Source of the DNA: Myxococcota bacterium
GTDB lineage: Bacteria > Myxococcota_A > SURF-8 > G963663525
Reading direction: 5' to 3'
NCBI GenBank assembly: GCA_963676915.2
Contig: CAXXVK010000011.1
Coordinates: 73,805 to 137,804, forward strand
Length of the DNA: 64,000 nt
Position 1 is the stretch's first letter, and each line of letters opens with the position of its first letter. The position numbers were made by a program, and so were the translations under genes. Below, piece by piece: positions 59,361 through 64,000 of this stretch. The notes beneath the pieces are model-generated. The model had not been told where the DNA came from. It did not search any database and was given only the letters and a program-made list of their open reading frames with translations.

Positions 59361-62300
59361 TTATGCATTTGCATTCTCAGGCTCATCTGGCAGGATTTTG
59401 GTTTTGCCGAATGCTGCGAAATAAATGACCGGGATCACCACGAGCGTCAGCACTGTGGAGACGGCCAGCCCGAAGATCATCGCGTAGGCCATGCCTTCCC
59501 ACAAAATCCCACCGAACAGCGCGAGTGGAATCAGTCCGCCGATGGTCGTCGCCGCCGTCAGGATGATCGGTCGCAAGCGCTGGCGTCCGGCTTGAATCAC
59601 GGCCTGACGCATATCCGCACCGCTTTCGACGGCTTTTTGTACGAATTCGACCCAGACCACGGCGTTTTTGATCACCATGCCCGCCAGCGAAATCACACCG
59701 AGAAACGGCATGAATGCAAAACTGTTTCCGCTGGCCAGCAAACCTAAAATTGCACCGACGATGGCCAGCGGAACGCTTGCCAGAATCACCAGGGCTTTGG
59801 GAATCGAGTTGAATTGAATCACCAGCATCAGCAGGATCAGGGCGATAATCAGCGCGAAAATGATCGACATTTCACCAAATGATTTGTTTCGTTCCTTTTC
59901 TTCACCGATGCTTTCGATGGAATAGCCGTCGGGAAGGTCGAGAGCTTCGACCGCCGGGCGGATTTCCTTGAGGATTTCCGACGCCAAACGGTTGTGACAA
60001 CCGGACAGCACGGTGAATGCTCGTTGCCCGTTATGTCGCTTGATAACACCCGGTCCCCACTCGGTTCCGATTTCGGCGAAAGCGTTTAGAGGAACCTTCG
60101 CTTTGGTGACCTGGGAAGGTACGGTGATTCGGTTGAGAGAATCCGCCATGGTGCGTTCGTTTTCGACCAGTCGGAAATACACCGGGATTTCCTCGTCTCC
60201 TTCGCGTAACTCCGTCACCGGCAATCCCTCGTAGGTGGAAACAAAGGCCAGCGCGACATCCGTAGCGGTGACTCCGGCCATCAGCGCCGCTTCAGAATCG
60301 ACCCGGACTTCCAGGTTGGGGACTTCCTCGCCGCCGTTGTCTCGTACCTGATACGATCCTTTCGTGGATCGCAGGATGGTTTTCAGTTGGGTAGCGATGT
60401 TTTGGAGCGTCGAAATGTCCGGTCCGGTGATGCGTAGGGCTATGGGAGCCTCTACCGGGACGCCCATGGTCAGATTTTCAACGACGATCCGTGCTCTGGC
60501 GATGTTTCGGCGGAATTCTTCGTTGAGTTTTTCCACGAACGGGCGCGTGAATTGGGAATCATCCATCGAAACGACCACCTGAGCGTAATTGGTCGAATTG
60601 AATTGAGGTTTGATGGTCATATAGAATCGGGGACCGCCTTTGCCGATATACGCGGCGGTGTTGGTGACATGTTTTTCCTTCCGCAATCGGTCCAGCACTT
60701 GCCGGGTGACGTTCTCGGTATGTTGCAGGGAAGAACCTTCCGGCAGCCAGATGCTGATGGTGAACTGGTCGCGCTCCGCTTCCGGGAAAAACGAGAATCC
60801 TACGATGGGAAGAAGCGCCATTGCTCCGACAAAAACCGCAATCGTCAGAAAAATCACGCTCTTTCGGTATTTCAAACACTTTTCGATCAATGAACGGTAC
60901 AGAAGGGAGGCTCGACCTTCGGGACTCTCTTGCGTGCCGTTTCCGTTGGTGCGGGGTTTGAGAAAGGTGTGGGCGACGATCGGCGTCATGGTCACAGCCA
61001 GCACCAGCGAAGCCAGAAGCGAGGAAGAGACGACAATAGGCAACGCACGCACGTAGTCGCCGGTTTCTTCGCTCAATAAAAGCAGTGGCAGGAAGGCCAG
61101 CACGGTTGCAAGTGTGCCGGTCAACGCAGGAATCGACAACTCGCGGGTGCCTCTCCAGGCCGCTTCGAAGGGTGTTTCGCCGCGAGACAGATGCACGTCG
61201 ATGTTGTCGGTGACGATAATCGCATTGTCTACCAGCATTCCAAGAGCAATGATAAACGCCGCGATGGAAACCGTTTCGAGATCGACGCCGAACAGCGGCA
61301 TTACCGCAAACGTCAGGAGGATCGACAGCGGCAGGGAAAAGGCGATCAGCGTGGCTGAACGGGCACCCATGGAAAGGAACATCACCAGAATGACGATTAC
61401 CAGACCCTCGAACAGGTTGGTCATGAAGGTTCCGACGAAAGATGCCACCTGACGCGGCTGGTCGTGTACGAGATCGAGCTGAATGTTTTCCGGTAGTGCT
61501 TTTTTGAATTCTTCTGCGACCTTGCGAACCTCTTCGCCCATGGATACGAGGTTGTGACCGTCCCGCATGCGGATGTCCAATCCTACCGACGGAAGCGAGT
61601 TGGTCAGCATGAAATCCAGCGGCGGTTCTTTGTATCCCCGGCGGACGGTGAAGACATCTTTGACTTTGAGAGGTGCGCCGGTTTCTTGGGATACGTCAAG
61701 TATCGCGTTGGCGAGTTGTTCTTCGATATGAAAGCTGCCGGTGACTTCCAACCGGTAGTTGCGCATCGGAGTTCGGACGTAACCGGAAGGCATGTTGACG
61801 TTTTGCAGATCCAGCACCTGGCGGGCGACGAGTGGGGAAAAGGAATACATCGTAAAACTGTCCATCGGACCTTCGATGTAAATAGCTTCTTCCTGTTCGC
61901 CCAGCAATTCGACTTTACCGACCGATTGAACTCGTTTGATGCGGGTTTTGAGTGATTCGGCCCATTTTTTCAGTTCGGCGGGTGGAGCCGTTTCGGACGA
62001 AAGCGAGTAAATCATGGCCGTTACATCGCCGAAATCGTCCATCACATCCGGGCCGATGATGTTGTCCGGCAGATCCGGCCGGACTTCGGTCAGTTTGTTG
62101 CGTAGTTTCTGCCAGGCCATGTCGATATCGCAATCGTAGACCATCCGCACGAAAAGGACCGAGAGGTTTTCCCGAGTGGTCGAGGTGATTTCCTCGATGG
62201 TGTTGATTTCCTCCACTTTTTCTTCGATCTTCTGGGTGACCAGCCGTTCCATCTTTTCGGCGCTGGCGCCCGGCCAGATCGTGATGACCAGGGCTACCGA

Positions 62301-62426
62301 GATCTTGAATTCCGGGTCTTCCCGCTGGCTGATGGTGAGATAGTTGTACAAGCCGACGGCCAGCACCAGTATCAGCAGAATCCAGACGGTGGCTTTGTGT
62401 GTCAGGGAAAACCTTGGGATGTTCAT
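59361..62426 (-). CDS. RND efflux transporter permease (AcrB family)
   Basis: WPGAS, ALGMLVDNAI, GTLATVLAFLPL, RLRPIILTAATT; 1021 aa. Confidence 0.95.
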   Translation of the reverse strand: MNIPRFSLTHKATVWILLILVLAVGLYNYLTISQREDPEFKISVALVITIWPGASAEKMERLVTQKIEEKVEEINTIEEITSTTRENLSVLFVRMVYDCDIDMAWQKLRNKLTEVRPDLPDNIIGPDVMDDFGDVTAMIYSLSSETAPPAELKKWAESLKTRIKRVQSVGKVELLGEQEEAIYIEGPMDSFTMYSFSPLVARQVLDLQNVNMPSGYVRTPMRNYRLEVTGSFHIEEQLANAILDVSQETGAPLKVKDVFTVRRGYKEPPLDFMLTNSLPSVGLDIRMRDGHNLVSMGEEVRKVAEEFKKALPENIQLDLVHDQPRQVASFVGTFMTNLFEGLVIVILVMFLSMGARSATLIAFSLPLSILLTFAVMPLFGVDLETVSIAAFIIALGMLVDNAIIVTDNIDVHLSRGETPFEAAWRGTRELSIPALTGTLATVLAFLPLLLLSEETGDYVRALPIVVSSSLLASLVLAVTMTPIVAHTFLKPRTNGNGTQESPEGRASLLYRSLIEKCLKYRKSVIFLTIAVFVGAMALLPIVGFSFFPEAERDQFTISIWLPEGSSLQHTENVTRQVLDRLRKEKHVTNTAAYIGKGGPRFYMTIKPQFNSTNYAQVVVSMDDSQFTRPFVEKLNEEFRRNIARARIVVENLTMGVPVEAPIALRITGPDISTLQNIATQLKTILRSTKGSYQVRDNGGEEVPNLEVRVDSEAALMAGVTATDVALAFVSTYEGLPVTELREGDEEIPVYFRLVENERTMADSLNRITVPSQVTKAKVPLNAFAEIGTEWGPGVIKRHNGQRAFTVLSGCHNRLASEILKEIRPAVEALDLPDGYSIESIGEEKERNKSFGEMSIIFALIIALILLMLVIQFNSIPKALVILASVPLAIVGAILGLLASGNSFAFMPFLGVISLAGMVIKNAVVWVEFVQKAVESGADMRQAVIQAGRQRLRPIILTAATTIGGLIPLALFGGILWEGMAYAMIFGLAVSTVLTLVVIPVIYFAAFGKTKILPDEPENANA

Positions 62427-63490
62427 GGCAGTACCACCTTGTCACCCTGACGGACATAATTGGTTCCTCGAACGATGACCGATTCACCTTTTTTGAGTCC
62501 CGACAAAATTTGGAGGGTTTCCTCGTGTCGTTCGCCGACCTCGACCGGGCGTTCCTCGACGATCAACGTGGAAGGATCGACGATTTTTACGATAGGTTTT
62601 CCCGCCTGATCGTGCGAAATGCAGTGAATTGGCAGGAAAAAACCTTCTTTTCGCCGATCGTTGACGAAAAGGTGCGCCAGCATACTGGGGCGCAGCAGAT
62701 TCTCGGGGTTCGGTACTTCGATATTGGCGTTGTAAGTACGGGTGTAGTCATCTGCCACAAGATCGATGAAAGCCACTTTTCCCGTAAATTTTCGGTCGAT
62801 TCCCTGAATTTCCAGATCGACATCCTGACCCGGCTTGAACAGTGGGAGATCCCGTTGCGTTATGCCGAATTTGATTTTGATACGGCTGAGATCCAGCAAC
62901 ACTACGGCGGGTTTGCCGGGACCGATCACCTGCCCGACACTCGTACGTAATTCGTGAACGATGCCCGAAATGGGAGCGACGAGACGCGTGTAATGGACCT
63001 GACGGCGTGCCTGATTTCTTTGAGTCACAGCAGCTTCGTACTTGCCTTCGATTTCATCCAGATTGCTTTGGGGCAGGGCGTCTTTTTGCACGAGGGAATT
63101 CACGCGATGATAGTTCGGCTCCAGCGCTTTGACCTGGGTGCTGGCCAATTGCTCGACCAGTTGGTAATCCTCGGGATCGATGGTGGCGAGTAGCTGACCT
63201 TTGGTGACGAGTTCGCCTTCGGAAACACGCATCGAGGTTACACGCCCCGCAACCAGGAAGCCGATGCCGTGGGACTCCCATGGATGGCTGTAGCCCGAAA
63301 AGCGGCGCTGCGTTTCCACGGTGCGACTTTCGACGTTCACCACCTCGACCTTGGCTGGTGGCGCAAGGGATTCCTCTTCGCCGGAGGCTGACGAACATCC
63401 GACGAGTATGCCCGTACAACTCAGGATCGCCATGAGGACGAAAGCTGTGTTCATGATTTTTTGTGTGGCGAAAAGACGTGTGTTTTCCAT
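62423..63490 (-). CDS. RND efflux membrane fusion protein
   Basis: LVGC lipobox, GRV..EGELVTKGQLLA, LVAPISG, LRPSM, GLKKGESVI. Confidence 0.93.
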   Translation of the reverse strand: MENTRLFATQKIMNTAFVLMAILSCTGILVGCSSASGEEESLAPPAKVEVVNVESRTVETQRRFSGYSHPWESHGIGFLVAGRVTSMRVSEGELVTKGQLLATIDPEDYQLVEQLASTQVKALEPNYHRVNSLVQKDALPQSNLDEIEGKYEAAVTQRNQARRQVHYTRLVAPISGIVHELRTSVGQVIGPGKPAVVLLDLSRIKIKFGITQRDLPLFKPGQDVDLEIQGIDRKFTGKVAFIDLVADDYTRTYNANIEVPNPENLLRPSMLAHLFVNDRRKEGFFLPIHCISHDQAGKPIVKIVDPSTLIVEERPVEVGERHEETLQILSGLKKGESVIVRGTNYVRQGDKVVLP

Positions 63491-63540
63491 TGATTACCTC
63501 AACGTGATGTCCCGGTGGACACGACCGTATATCGTGAAAC

Positions 63541-64000
63541 TCAGACCGTAGCTTGTTCGACCAAATCGATTAAAATCCTACTTAAATAGAAGCGGACGAG
63601 TTCTTCCAATTCTTCTTTCGGAGTTCCCGAAACGTGTTCGATCACCAGTCCTTGCACAAGGACGTTGCTGACGCCGAACAGCAGCCGGATGCGATCTTCG
63701 CCCTCTGGTGTCAGCTTTTTCTTTTCCCTTCGAAGCAACTCAGTCACCAGAATCGCAACTTCTTCCTGAATGCGGTTCAAGTGCTGCTGCTTGATTTCCT
63801 TGAAATCCTCGTCCGTGACGGTTTCGGACATCAGTTGCAGCCAGATTTTGTCGAGCGCCAATCCTTCGTCTTCGTTGAAATGGTTGCTCATTACCACTTT
63901 GAGCAGTGTGTCTTCGACGTTTAGTCCCCAGTCGAGAGGATTGTCATTTTCGAAATCGATATAGCCTTCGTAGAGACTGTCGAGAAGAGCCAGTGCTATT
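63541..64000 (-). CDS. Probable TetR-family regulator, C-terminal part (start beyond window)
   Basis: Open helical reading frame directly upstream of the RND operon; the HTH is not in the window. Confidence 0.5.
   Translation of the reverse strand, partial: IALALLDSLYEGYIDFENDNPLDWGLNVEDTLLKVVMSNHFNEDEGLALDKIWLQLMSETVTDEDFKEIKQQHLNRIQEEVAILVTELLRREKKKLTPEGEDRIRLLFGVSNVLVQGLVIEHVSGTPKEELEELVRFYLSRILIDLVEQATV

Overview
Chromosomal window of a diderm bacterium. MYXO-CTERM-like and Cys-rich exported proteins, a sigma54 regulator, tol-pal genes and a DAP-type MurE point to the deltaproteobacterial/Myxococcota-like radiation; this is an inference. Housekeeping content: uvrA (partial), pgsA, malic enzyme, a minus-strand dcw cluster (mraZ-rsmH-ftsL-ftsI-murE-murF-mraY-ftsW-murG-murC-ddl-ftsQ-ftsA-[ftsZ-like]-ftsZ, with no murD or murB), pal-cpoB, an ECF sigma/anti-sigma operon, ugd, rsmE, a TrmJ-like methyltransferase, clpB, pheST and an RND efflux operon, interspersed with many lipoproteins. 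Several essential genes carry single-base frameshifts, mostly in homopolymers, which look like sequencing errors. Most notable: (1) a second, catalytically degenerate FtsZ/tubulin-family gene between ftsA and ftsZ; (2) an MraZ with a ~115-aa uncharged Pro/Gln/aromatic tail; (3) a stand-alone AT-rich SIR2-TPR gene that is a candidate defence NADase; (4) a shared acidic GDxD tether on five unrelated lipoproteins. No rRNA, tRNA, CRISPR array or transposase was recognised.
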